A program made the position numbers and the translations under genes. The notes beneath the pieces are model-generated. The model was given only the letters and a program-made list of their open reading frames with translations. It was not told the origin of the DNA and made no database searches. Below are positions 1 through 9,535 of a stretch of 64,000 nucleotides of DNA, piece by piece. Source of the DNA: an uncultured Elusimicrobia bacterium (lineage in GTDB: Bacteria > Elusimicrobiota > Elusimicrobia > UBA1565 > UBA9628); contig CAIRTQ010000033.1 in the NCBI GenBank assembly GCA_903881545.1, forward strand, positions 1,267 to 65,266. Reading direction: 5' to 3'. Every line of letters begins with the position of its first letter. Within the stretch, counting starts at the first letter, position 1.

Positions 1-272
1 CGGGCGCCCGTGCGCCGGGCTGGCTCGGCGCCGGACTGGCCGTCATGACCGTGGCCGCGGCGTTCGGAGTGGGTTTTTTGGCCATGTTCGGTCGGACCCT
101 CTTCGCGGCCCTGGTCGTGCGGCTGGTGTGGCCGTTGATCTTCTCGCCGTATTTCACCGCCCGTGTGTTCGGCTCGGAGCGTATCGTTTTTTGGAAGATT
201 TTAGTCGTATTCCTCGTGGTTGACTTGATCGCGCGGGTGTTCATCAGGAGAGAGCTATGGCCAAAAAAGTAA
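1..272 (+). CDS. Small hydrophobic membrane protein, probably 5'-partial
   Basis: The frame is open from the window edge ([15 protein letters not shown]...). Two or more hydrophobic stretches; the stop overlaps the rplK start region. Confidence 0.6.
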   Translation, partial: GARAPGWLGAGLAVMTVAAAFGVGFLAMFGRTLFAALVVRLVWPLIFSPYFTARVFGSERIVFWKILVVFLVVDLIARVFIRRELWPKK

Positions 273-682
273 AGACTCAGATCAAACTGCAGATTCCGGC
301 GGGAGCCGCCAATCCGGCGCCGCCCGTGGGCCCGGCCTTGGGCCAGCACGGCGTCAACATCATGGATTTCTGCAAGCAGTTCAACGACCGTTCCCGGAAC
401 ATGGAGGCGGGCATGACCATCCCGGTGGTCATCACCGTCTACGAGGACCGGTCTTTCTCCTTCATCACCAAGATGCCTCCGGTGGCGTCGCTCTTGAAGC
501 GCGCGGCCGGTTTGGCCAAGGCTTCCGGCGAGCCGAACCGCAACAAGGTCGGCAAGGTCACGTTGAAGCAGGCCGAGGAGATCGCGACGCAGAAGATGCC
601 GGACCTCAATACTAAGGACCTCAAGGCCGCCCTGCAGATGGTGAAGGGTACGGCCCGGTCCATGGGCATCGAGGTACTGTAG
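257..682 (+). CDS. rplK: 50S ribosomal protein L11
   Basis: MAKKV...[34 protein letters not shown]...[10 protein letters not shown]; GGAG RBS upstream. Confidence 0.99.
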   Translation: MAKKVKTQIKLQIPAGAANPAPPVGPALGQHGVNIMDFCKQFNDRSRNMEAGMTIPVVITVYEDRSFSFITKMPPVASLLKRAAGLAKASGEPNRNKVGKVTLKQAEEIATQKMPDLNTKDLKAALQMVKGTARSMGIEVL

Positions 683-691
683 ACGACAGAA

Positions 692-722
692 GGCGGACCG
701 AGCCCCGCCGCGGCGGGGCGCC
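692..722 (+). promoter_or_regulatory. Stem-loop in the rplK-rplA spacer, possible L1 autoregulatory site
   Basis: GGC-GGACCGA-GCCCCGC(CGCG)GCGGGGC-GCC forms a bulged hairpin just upstream of the rplA AAGGAGG RBS. The function is inferred from position only. Confidence 0.3.
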
Positions 723-741
723 AACAGGTCAAGGAGGCGGT

Positions 742-1425
742 ATGGGAAAGAGAATAGCCGGTCTCATCAAGGACGTCGACCTCGCCAAGCGTTATCTTTT
801 GGATGAGGCTGTGGCGCTGGTCAAGAAGTGCGCCACCGCGAAGTTCGACGAGACGGTGGAACTGCATGTGCGCCTGGGCGTGGATCCCAAGCAGGCCGAG
901 CAGCAGGTGCGTGGCACCGTAGGCCTGCCTAACGGCCTGGGCAAGTCGAAGAAGGTCGCGGTCGTCACCCAGGGCGAGAAGCAGAAGGACGCCACGGCCG
1001 CCGGGGCCGATGTGGTCGGCGGCGCCGAACTGGTGGAGCAGATCGCCAAGGGCTTCCTGGATTTCGAGGTGCTGGTGGCCACGCCGGACATGATGAGGGA
1101 GCTTTCTAAGCTCGGGAAGGTCTTGGGCCCTAAAGGCCTCATGCCCAACCCCAAGAGCGGCACGGTGACCATGGACGTGGCTAAGACGGTCAAGGAGCTC
1201 AAGGCTGGACGGGTGGAGTACAAGGTGGACGACTACGGCATCATCCATGTCCCGGTAGGAAAGGCCTCTTTCGCCCCGCCCGCCATCGCCGGCAACGTCA
1301 AGGCCGTGATGGAGGTTCTCATTAAGGCCAAGCCGTCCTCATCCAAAGGCATCTACCTCATGAGCGTGACCTTGTCTTCGACCATGGGCCCGGGCGTCGG
1401 GTTGGATACGTCGCAGAAGTTCTGA
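742..1425 (+). CDS. rplA: 50S ribosomal protein L1
   Basis: AKFDETVELHVRLGVDP, VRGTVGLPNGLGK, LGPKGLMPNPKSGTVT, SSTMGPG. Confidence 0.99.
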   Translation: MGKRIAGLIKDVDLAKRYLLDEAVALVKKCATAKFDETVELHVRLGVDPKQAEQQVRGTVGLPNGLGKSKKVAVVTQGEKQKDATAAGADVVGGAELVEQIAKGFLDFEVLVATPDMMRELSKLGKVLGPKGLMPNPKSGTVTMDVAKTVKELKAGRVEYKVDDYGIIHVPVGKASFAPPAIAGNVKAVMEVLIKAKPSSSKGIYLMSVTLSSTMGPGVGLDTSQKF

Positions 1426-1446
1426 CCCCGTCGGTCCGGAGAAGTC

Positions 1447-2706
1447 ATGAGGCTGGCAGCGCTCTGGTGCTCATTGTTGCTGAGTGCCGCGTCGGCTTGG
1501 GCGCAGAATAGCGTTTTGCCCGCCGTCACCGAGGATACCGCCGCCGCCTTCGAGGCCATCAAGGCCGGTGCGTTGGAGCCCGATTCCGCCCTGCGCGCCG
1601 CGGCCTGCGAGAGCCTGCGTATCTTCGTCCAGCAGTATCCCTCCGCGACCCAGGCGCCGGAGGCCCTGGCCATGCTGGCCGGCCAAGAGGATCGTCGCGC
1701 GGCCATCGTGGACTGGCTACACCTGGCCTACGAATACCCCGCCTCTCCTGTGGCGCGGCAGGCCAAGTCCGAGTACTTGGACCTCGTTAAGAAGAAGATG
1801 AATCGTCATGCGCAGGCGGCGATGAGCGCCCTCGTTCAAGCTCCCGAATCCGCTGACCTGGCCGACCGGTTGGCCCAGGTCGTCTACGGGCTGGCGGAGA
1901 GTTCCGGTGACGCCCTGTATGAGCCCGCCGTCGCGGAGGCGCGGCGATTCCAGGTGCGCTTCCCCGCGTTCCATGACGGCGACCGCATCCTGTGGAGCCT
2001 AGCCCACCTGCATCGGGCCGACGGAAAGAATGCTGCGGCCCTGATGGCTTACCGCCAGTTGGCGGCGTACCGGGGCAGTTCCTACCGGGAGCAGGCCCAG
2101 TTCGCCGTGGGCGCCCTCCTGGCGGATAGGCTCAAGAAATTCAAGGCAGCGGCCGAGGCGTTCCAGGAATTTATCACGCAATTTCCGCAGAGCGCCGAAA
2201 TTCCGCGTGTGCTGGAGCGGCTGGCCGTGCTCTACGCTGATCGCTTCGACCAGCCCGCCTTGGCGGTCGAGACTTATGAACGCATCATCAAGGGCTACCC
2301 GAAAAGCGATTATGCCCTGAAGGCCTTCGACAGCGAGGCCAAGCTGCAGCGGGGCCGCCTCAAGCAGCCGCTGGAGGCGATCAAGACCTGGCAGCGGCTG
2401 ACCGAGCAGTTCCGCTATCCCGAGGCGGTGGCGGCGCTCCTGGCGGCGGCGAAAATAGCGCGTAAGGATCTCAAGGATTATAAGCAAGAGGTGGAACTGC
2501 GCATGAGGATAGCCTCTGATTTTCCCGCCGCCAAGGAGGCCGCGGAACAGCTTTATCAGGCCGCCCAAGTCACGGAGTATGATCTCAACGATTCGAGCGG
2601 CGCCGTCAAGATTTATAGGCAGGTCGTCGCCTTGGTTCCCGCGGACAAGCTGGGCCGCAAGGCCCGGGACCGGGCCGAGAAGCTGGAGCTGAAAAAGTCG
2701 CCATGA
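1447..2706 (+). CDS. Exported tetratricopeptide-repeat protein (BamD/CpoB-like TPR repeats)
   Basis: Signal peptide ending ASA-WA; repeated helical units such as FVQQYPSA, FITQFPQS, IIKGYPKS, IASDFPAA. Confidence 0.8.
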   Translation: MRLAALWCSLLLSAASAWAQNSVLPAVTEDTAAAFEAIKAGALEPDSALRAAACESLRIFVQQYPSATQAPEALAMLAGQEDRRAAIVDWLHLAYEYPASPVARQAKSEYLDLVKKKMNRHAQAAMSALVQAPESADLADRLAQVVYGLAESSGDALYEPAVAEARRFQVRFPAFHDGDRILWSLAHLHRADGKNAAALMAYRQLAAYRGSSYREQAQFAVGALLADRLKKFKAAAEAFQEFITQFPQSAEIPRVLERLAVLYADRFDQPALAVETYERIIKGYPKSDYALKAFDSEAKLQRGRLKQPLEAIKTWQRLTEQFRYPEAVAALLAAAKIARKDLKDYKQEVELRMRIASDFPAAKEAAEQLYQAAQVTEYDLNDSSGAVKIYRQVVALVPADKLGRKARDRAEKLELKKSP

Positions 2707-4439
2707 GATCCACCCCGTCCGGCGGGCTGCCCTCGGGGGCGCCGGCCGGATGGAGTTTCGCAAAAGCACTGATCCTCATCAGCTGCGCCTATTGGCTGGC
2801 CGTCCTGCTATTGCCGCCCTTCCAGGACGTTGCCCTCAACGACGATTGGGCCTACGCTTTCATCGTGCGCTGTTTCCTCCAGGGCGGAGGCATCGCGTCC
2901 CATGCCATCACGGAGCCCACCGGCATCGTCCAGGCGGCGTGGGGCATGATCTTTACCCGTCTTCTCGGCCCGGGTCATGGGGCACTGCGTCTGTCTACCC
3001 TCGTGTTGGGCTGGGTCGGGGCCATGGCCTTTTGTGACCTGCTCCGGCAAGAGCGACGCGAATCGCTCGAATGCCAGGATGTTGTCATAGGACTGCTTTT
3101 CGCTTTCAACCCCCTCTTCTTTGTGCTCTGTCCCAGCTTTATGACCGATGTCCCTGCCCTCGCCTTGAGTTTGGCGACCCTGGCCGTTAGTCGCAGAGCC
3201 TTCGCAGGCGAGCTCCCGGCCATGCGCGGGCTGCTTTTGGGTTCCGCCTGCGCGGCTCTGGCCTACGGCATCCGGCAGACCGCCATCCTGGTCCCCATTG
3301 GTTTGACCGCCTGCTATTGGCGCGAATGCCGGCGCACCCCCCGCATTCTTTTGGCCATTTGGTCACTGCCCTGCGCGGCCGCTGGCGGGCATCAATTTTG
3401 GCTGCATTCCACGGATGGCCCCAGCCTGGGCATTCACCGCTGGATATGGGAGGGCCAAGCGGGCTGGGCCGGGAGTTGGATGCTGGCCGTGCAGCGCGCG
3501 GCCGCGGCCGCGGTTTACTGCGGTCTCTTCAGCATTCCCTTGGCGGCTGCCTTCTGGTGCGACCGGCCCTGGGCCCGGATGCGGCGGCTGCCCCGGTCCG
3601 GTTGGTACGCCGCGGCAGCGGCCTTCGCCATCGTCGCGGTCTTTTTTTTATGCGGCGGGTGGCTTCCCTATTCGCCCTTCCCCGGGGACGGGCGGCTGGC
3701 CCAGGGTCTGTTCCATGAGTGCAGTTATGTTAGCCGTTGGGGGCTGGGGTGCTTCAACATCAACGGCATGGCATTCCGTCCGACCACCTTCATTCAGGGC
3801 GGATGGTTTTGGGCGGTGCTGAGTGCTCTCTCAGGCGTCGCTCTCGTCACTCTGGCGGCGCTGGCCGCGGACGCGCCGCCGGCGTCCGCGCGGCTGGCGC
3901 TGTTGGCTTTCGGGCCGCAATTCCTCTTGTTCCTATTGAGCGCGTACTTTTTTGACCGTTATATTTTGACATTGGTTCCCGCGGCCCTGCTTTGCGGCCA
4001 GGCCGCCGTCGGCAGAAGCGCGCGCTCACGGCTCGCGCTCGGCATCGGTACCCTGGCCGTCGCCGCTTTCACTTGGGCCGGGACCTCGGATTACCTACGC
4101 GCGACCGCAGCGGCCTGGGATCTGGGGCGGCGCGCCGTGAGCGCGGGCGTGCCGGCCAGTGAGGTGCACGCCGACCTTGATTGGTGCTGGGCGCACAACG
4201 AAGACCGCGTCGTCGCGGAATTTCGATGGCGTTTTAAGGAGCGCATCCCTACGGATGAGACCGCGCTGCCTTGCATACGGGAGCCCGAGGCCTTGGTCAC
4301 GTTCAAGGCTCCGGCCCGCTCCCCCTTCGTCCTGATGGGATCGGAGGACTTCTTCTCGCCGCTGGCTTGGCGCACGGAGCGGCTTTACCTTTATCGCCGA
4401 GCGGCGGCGAGAGCCGCGCGCACTCGGCCCGATTCCTGA
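2703..4439 (+). CDS. GT-C fold membrane glycosyltransferase (GT39/ArnT/PMT-like)
   Basis: LNDDWAY acidic loop after TM1, NPLF...SFMTDVP, FFDRY and many TM helices; ATGA overlap with the upstream gene. Confidence 0.8.
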   Translation: MRSTPSGGLPSGAPAGWSFAKALILISCAYWLAVLLLPPFQDVALNDDWAYAFIVRCFLQGGGIASHAITEPTGIVQAAWGMIFTRLLGPGHGALRLSTLVLGWVGAMAFCDLLRQERRESLECQDVVIGLLFAFNPLFFVLCPSFMTDVPALALSLATLAVSRRAFAGELPAMRGLLLGSACAALAYGIRQTAILVPIGLTACYWRECRRTPRILLAIWSLPCAAAGGHQFWLHSTDGPSLGIHRWIWEGQAGWAGSWMLAVQRAAAAAVYCGLFSIPLAAAFWCDRPWARMRRLPRSGWYAAAAAFAIVAVFFLCGGWLPYSPFPGDGRLAQGLFHECSYVSRWGLGCFNINGMAFRPTTFIQGGWFWAVLSALSGVALVTLAALAADAPPASARLALLAFGPQFLLFLLSAYFFDRYILTLVPAALLCGQAAVGRSARSRLALGIGTLAVAAFTWAGTSDYLRATAAAWDLGRRAVSAGVPASEVHADLDWCWAHNEDRVVAEFRWRFKERIPTDETALPCIREPEALVTFKAPARSPFVLMGSEDFFSPLAWRTERLYLYRRAAARAARTRPDS

Positions 4440-6574
4440 CGGGAATTCTCGTCCAAGGGCCACGCCGCGGCGGCCGCGTCATAGAAGGACAAGGCGTCCT
4501 CGCCGCGCCCGGCCTGCGCCATGATGCGGGCTACGAAAAGATAGCGGCGGCCGGCCGCGATCCTGCCATTGACGGCGGCCACGTCGAGATGCAGGGATCC
4601 GTCCGCTCCCGTGACGGGAGAGAATCGACCGAGATCGTAGACCGGATCCTGCGCGGGGATCGGGCCGGACTGGGACGGCTGGTCCGAGACGGCGAAGACC
4701 CTGAAGTCCGGATTCTCATGGAGCAGGCGGAAGTCTTTCAGTCGCTGCGGGCTGAAATGGAACAGGACCGCCGCCGAGTCGGGCTTAAGGCGCATGTCGC
4801 CCGCGGTGTAGCGCGGTCCGCCCGGCGACTCGTCCAGAATGTCCTCAGCGGAGTAGACGAAGAGTGCGGCGCTATTGCGGCGGCAGAAGGCCAGGAATTC
4901 CGGCTCGTTCGAGTAGAGGGCACGCAGGAATCGCATGGTCTTGGCGCGTATGCCGGGCGCCTCGAACTTCGGCTGTAGCAAGATCGGCGTCCCCGCGTAG
5001 GTCAGCAGCGAGGCCGAGAGTCCGAAATTGGCCAGCACCGGTCGGCCCGGTCCGCCATGCGTGCGCAGCCAGTGGATGAGGTCGAGCAGGTTGGAATAGG
5101 AGACGCCGGCGTGGCTTTCCTCTCTGGCCCACGCTGCGGAGAGGCGCAGGATAGGGTTGAACGGGGACGCTGGAGCCAGGGCCTTGGCACCTTCCAGGGT
5201 CGCGAGCAGGAAGAGTAGGCCGGTCAACCAAACGCCGCGCAGCCAGCGCCGCGGCAGCCGAGTCGCCGCGGCGCAGAGCAGGAATGCCAGTATCGGCACC
5301 AGGCGCAGTATCAGGGCGGTCCCCGCGAGGTAGAGGATGAGAAGGGCGTCTACGAGGGCGGCGGGGGCTCCCGCAGCCGAGTCTCTTTCGGCTGCCGCCG
5401 GGCTTCGCCGGGACAGGGCCGAAACCACCCTCGGCAATATGACCGCGGCCATGGGCAGAAGGGCGAACGATAGAAAACCGGGGTCGGGCGACTGGAATGG
5501 CCCCATCCAGAGCAGCCGAGCCTCGGGGCTTAGTTGGGCCGGGTCCGCCGGCAGGCTCAGGCCGTAGCGCAGTTTGGCCCACAGCAGGCCGTAGACATGG
5601 CCGTAAGCGGTCAGGTCGCTGGCTTGCCAAGAACCCAGCGCCAGGGCCAGGATGGCCGCCAAGGCGGGAAAAAGGACGCGCCGCGGCAGGCGGGAAATCG
5701 TCAAGAGCAGACCGTAGCCGAGAACCATGGCGGGCGATAGCGCAAAGGCGGTATGGCGCAGGGGGGCGAAGATCCAGCCGGCGGCGAAGGCGAAGACCAG
5801 GAGTATGGCCACGCAGCCGCGCAGGCGTGCGATGTCCGCTTCGTCATGACGGCAGTACCAGGCGGCCCAGGATAGTGCCAGGAAGAGCGCGGCCAGATGG
5901 AATCTCGAGAAGTGCCAGCTAGCCAGGGCCAGGGCCAAGAGCGCTCCGGCCGCCGCTGCATAGAGCCGCCAGCGGCGTTGCTCCTGGTCGAGCGCCGCCG
6001 CCAGGAGAGCCAGGCTGGCCATAAGGAAAGGGAGGGTGAAGCTTTCGAACACGTAGGTCCCGATGCCGTTGGCCATGCCAGCCCAGGACAGGGCGAAGAC
6101 CGCGGTCGCGGCCAGCGCCACGGGGGGGGCGCGGGAGAGCCGAACGGTGATGAGGTAGAGGGCCGGGATGCACAGGCTGTACATGACCGCGCTGAAGAGG
6201 AGGACGAACCATCTGAAGTCGTGCAACGGCGTGATGAGATTGATGAGCCGCCAGCTCCAGCCCGTGGCCCACTCCATGGCCAGGGTCAGCTCCTGGCGCG
6301 TCCGGATCCCTTCGGGATACTGCGCGTCGCGGTCGAGCTCCGGGATGCCCGCCCCGGCCGCAACCGACAAGGCGTAGCGGTATTGGAAAGCGCTCTCATT
6401 GCGGAAGAAGCCGGTGTCATCGGCCGCGTCGAAGTAGGGCAGGGAGACGTCTTGCCGGACCCTGAGGTAGACCTGTCCGGCGGCGAGGACAGCGAGAAGC
6501 ATCCAGACTAGGATGCGGCTGGCTCTGGGCGTAGATGGTTCTAGGGAGGTCTCGCCGTGAACAGGGCCGGGCAT
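4391..6574 (-). CDS. GT-C fold glycosyltransferase, DPY19/STT3-like (putative C-mannosyltransferase homolog)
   Basis: FRNESAFQYRY, QYPEGI, FESFTLPFL, SWHFSRF, LIHWLR and PILLQPKFEAPGIRAKT match, in order, DPY19 blocks as I recall them; multi-TM N-terminal part plus soluble C-terminal domain. Confidence 0.7.
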   Translation of the reverse strand: MPGPVHGETSLEPSTPRASRILVWMLLAVLAAGQVYLRVRQDVSLPYFDAADDTGFFRNESAFQYRYALSVAAGAGIPELDRDAQYPEGIRTRQELTLAMEWATGWSWRLINLITPLHDFRWFVLLFSAVMYSLCIPALYLITVRLSRAPPVALAATAVFALSWAGMANGIGTYVFESFTLPFLMASLALLAAALDQEQRRWRLYAAAAGALLALALASWHFSRFHLAALFLALSWAAWYCRHDEADIARLRGCVAILLVFAFAAGWIFAPLRHTAFALSPAMVLGYGLLLTISRLPRRVLFPALAAILALALGSWQASDLTAYGHVYGLLWAKLRYGLSLPADPAQLSPEARLLWMGPFQSPDPGFLSFALLPMAAVILPRVVSALSRRSPAAAERDSAAGAPAALVDALLILYLAGTALILRLVPILAFLLCAAATRLPRRWLRGVWLTGLLFLLATLEGAKALAPASPFNPILRLSAAWAREESHAGVSYSNLLDLIHWLRTHGGPGRPVLANFGLSASLLTYAGTPILLQPKFEAPGIRAKTMRFLRALYSNEPEFLAFCRRNSAALFVYSAEDILDESPGGPRYTAGDMRLKPDSAAVLFHFSPQRLKDFRLLHENPDFRVFAVSDQPSQSGPIPAQDPVYDLGRFSPVTGADGSLHLDVAAVNGRIAAGRRYLFVARIMAQAGRGEDALSFYDAAAAAWPLDENSRQESGRVRAALAAARR

Positions 6575-6630
6575 TTGCCTGTGCGGGTCTAAACTGATAA
6601 AATGGCCGACGAAAAGCTCCGGGTTCTGGT

Positions 6631-6707
6631 GGCGCGTTCGTCTAGCGGCCTAGGACGCTGCCCTCTCAAGGCAGAGATCAGGGGTTCAAATCCCCTACGC
6701 GCCACCA
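6631..6707 (+). tRNA. tRNA-Glu (anticodon CTC)
   Basis: Acceptor stem GGCGCGT/ACGCGCC, anticodon arm CTGCC-CTCTCAA-GGCAG, T arm AGGGG-TTCAAAT-CCCCT, encoded CCA end. Confidence 0.97.
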
Positions 6708-6974
6708 GGCCCCGGAGCGCTCTTTTTCCATTTCGGCTCATATGCCTTTACCGGATGTCGACTCGGCATAATAGCATTTCCTCGACGATAGGCCTTCCAA
6801 TGGATAAGAGTCGTTCCTCCTGGAGTTGCGCGCCGCTTTAATGCTGCCCGCAATGCTTGGGGGGAGCGGAAGGTGTATAATGTGCGAAACAGCGAATTGA
6901 CGACCGCTCGTAGCCAAGGCAGGCGCGGACTATTGGCGGGATTCCATTCGGGGTCGGTCTGTGCCGGCTGAGAC

Positions 6975-8648
6975 ATGGTTATGACCGGTAGTCAGATGGG
7001 CAATCCCGTGGGCGCTTCGCGTATCGACAAACGCCGATTACGAACCTGGCTGCTCTGCTTGAGCTTTCTGGTTCCCTATCTATCATTGAATCTGCCGCGG
7101 CTGCATCTCCCAGGCCTGTGCGCTGAAGAAGCCTGGGCCGCCCTCCCGGCCTTGAGCCTGCTGGGCCGCAAGGATTTGCGTGCGGGGCATTTTATTTCTA
7201 TCGGCGGCATTGCCTTCCCCGTGAGCGAGACGGCCTATCATGGCGCTCTGGCCAGCTATCTTCTCGCGCCGTTTTTGTGGCTGTTCGGAACGACGGTCGA
7301 AGCCATACGCTGCTATTCGGTCTGTATCGGAGCTTTGACCTTGCTCATGGTTTTCCTATTCAGCCGGAGGTTGCTTAACGACGATCGCGTGGCCTGGGGA
7401 GCCACCTTCCTGCTGGCGATATCCCCGGCTTACATCTCCGGCACGCGCCTCGGAGTCTATTATGGCGTTGCAATCGTATTGTTCCAAATGGCCGCGCTTG
7501 CAAGTTTCGCCTCCTGGCATGCCATGGGCGTTAGGCGGCATCTTTACTTGGGTTGCTATTTATTGGGATGCGCATTGGCCTGCTATTCTTTTTCGATCTT
7601 GTATATTATCGCGATTATCCCGTTCGGATTTTTTTTCTTTTGTAAGACACACCAGCCCATCCGCGTCGCGGCTTTTTGTCTAGGATTCTTCTTATTGGGA
7701 ATGTTCCCGTTCAATCTTTACCTCATGTTGGATGGCAAACCTTTCTGGGATTGCCTGCGGACGCTGTATCCTCACTCATATGCTCGGTTCGGTCCGTTCG
7801 GGGGCTCCGCTATCTTGTGTATTCTGGCTAGGCGTTGGAATCAGATAATGGACCTTGTGGCCAGGGATCCTCTCACCAAGGAGGTGTTTCCTCTTTCCGG
7901 GGGTGTATCCACCTGTCGCGCAATGCGGCTCTTCTTTTTTGGCGGGTTGTTATGGCTGCCCATCTCCTGCTGCCTGCGCCGGCAGACATTCCCGCGTGGG
8001 TGCAAGATTTTCTTGCTGCTTTATGCGGTCTTTGCTTTTCTTGTGAGTCCTTTGGGCGGGCTCACTTTTCATGTGGCCCATCTGTTCTCGATATTGCCCA
8101 TCCTGATTATTATTATGGTAACAGCTCTTGTCGAATTCGTGGACACCGCGCTCGGCGCTCTCAGCCTGGGGAGCCGGACCCTGCTGATCGTTTGCGCCGG
8201 ACTCTTTTTGGGTTGGGTAAATCCTCCACGGATGCCTTCCCTTATTAAGACGATGCGCGGCGTGTCCCCGTGCTTTACCGATGGCGTTTATGGCATGGCC
8301 GACTGGCTTCGGCTCAACACTGGACATGACCGACTCCTGCCGGATTATTGGCTTTATCCGACGGTCGACTTCTTGACCGGCCATGATCTCAACGGTCGGC
8401 TGGAGTCATTGGCAGTGGAACCCCCCAAGGCCAGCGATCTGTTGAGAGTGGATGTGGTGGTGGACTATCTGGCGATTGGTTCCGAAGCCTCCACCACCGG
8501 CTGTGGTCTTTTCAATGTGCCGGTTTATCGATTGATAAGGTCCGCGGAAGCGCGCGGCGAATTGAAACGGTTGAAGACCTTCTACAACCTAGATGGGACG
8601 CCCATGATGGCCGCTTACAAAGTCATGCACCACGGCCCCGGTCGGTAG
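6975..8648 (+). CDS. GT-C fold membrane glycosyltransferase (ArnT/GT83/GT39-like)
   Basis: PGLCAEEAW loop, YHGALASYLLAPF..LFG, LLAISPAY and many TM segments; visibly more AT-rich than the upstream core genes. Confidence 0.75.
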   Translation: MVMTGSQMGNPVGASRIDKRRLRTWLLCLSFLVPYLSLNLPRLHLPGLCAEEAWAALPALSLLGRKDLRAGHFISIGGIAFPVSETAYHGALASYLLAPFLWLFGTTVEAIRCYSVCIGALTLLMVFLFSRRLLNDDRVAWGATFLLAISPAYISGTRLGVYYGVAIVLFQMAALASFASWHAMGVRRHLYLGCYLLGCALACYSFSILYIIAIIPFGFFFFCKTHQPIRVAAFCLGFFLLGMFPFNLYLMLDGKPFWDCLRTLYPHSYARFGPFGGSAILCILARRWNQIMDLVARDPLTKEVFPLSGGVSTCRAMRLFFFGGLLWLPISCCLRRQTFPRGCKIFLLLYAVFAFLVSPLGGLTFHVAHLFSILPILIIIMVTALVEFVDTALGALSLGSRTLLIVCAGLFLGWVNPPRMPSLIKTMRGVSPCFTDGVYGMADWLRLNTGHDRLLPDYWLYPTVDFLTGHDLNGRLESLAVEPPKASDLLRVDVVVDYLAIGSEASTTGCGLFNVPVYRLIRSAEARGELKRLKTFYNLDGTPMMAAYKVMHHGPGR

Positions 8649-8807
8649 CAGGCTACTGGTAGAATCCGTTCCAAGAGAGGGCTCGCGATAGTTCGCCTAC
8701 AGCCGATCTGTGAAGCAGGGCGGAAAGGCCGATTCCACAGGTAAAGCGAAGGATTGCGTTTGCATCGCGACTGGCACAGGCAGGCTGCGCCTATCTGCGC
8801 CAAGCCA

Positions 8808-9257
8808 TTATGGGACTTTCCAGTAAAACGCACAGTACGACCGCGTTGCTGGTTTCTTGTCTTTCTCGTCGAAGGGGTAGGCTTTGCATCGGGAGGGCTG
8901 GCTGCCCCACTTCAGGCACTTGGTTCTGTCAAGTGGGTCAAGACACCGCCTGTGCCTGAGGCGGGCCAGCCAGTCAAGATCGCAGCATCCATGGCGGCCA
9001 CACACCCCTTTTCGCCGTGCCAGTTGTCGTTGAACATATCCTTTGCGAAATCTATAGTAATACCAGTGGCGTATTCGGGTAACGGCAGTCCTGATTCCCT
9101 GGTTCAACATCTGAAGGCAATTCGCCCCTTGGTTTGGTCCGAAGAACGCAGCCTTCATGAATTCGGGTGCTCTTATCCGACCGTTCATCCATAATAGTAA
9201 TTTTCGGGTATTCTCCTTTCTGAGAAGGTGGTGGAGGTGATTTTGGGCCGATTTCAT
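8808..9257 (-). CDS. YkgJ-like cysteine-cluster (Fe-S/Zn-binding) protein
   Basis: G-x-C-x-x-H-G-C-C ... C ... C ... QPSRCKAYPF ... C-x-F-Y-W pattern. Confidence 0.6.
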   Translation of the reverse strand: MKSAQNHLHHLLRKENTRKLLLWMNGRIRAPEFMKAAFFGPNQGANCLQMLNQGIRTAVTRIRHWYYYRFRKGYVQRQLARRKGVCGRHGCCDLDWLARLRHRRCLDPLDRTKCLKWGSQPSRCKAYPFDEKDKKPATRSYCAFYWKVP

Positions 9258-9535
9258 GGAGTTTATGGTAGGATATGTTGTGGGTTAAGTAAGCCAACTC
9301 ACGACGACAAGCTGCGTGCCACGAGCAGAAGGCCCCACTCCATGCTTCCGTTGATCCTGGTATTCGCGTATCGTGATCATGCCAGATTCATCGACCATCG
9401 AAACCTGCGTTTCTCCGTCGGGCCCCAGTGCCATTTCATGCTGAATTCACCCGCTCGATTGGGAGAAGACCCTCTTCCTGCCCTTTTCAGCCCTGGCATG
9501 CCTTGCGGCGCCTGCGGAGTCGGGGGGATTCCGCA

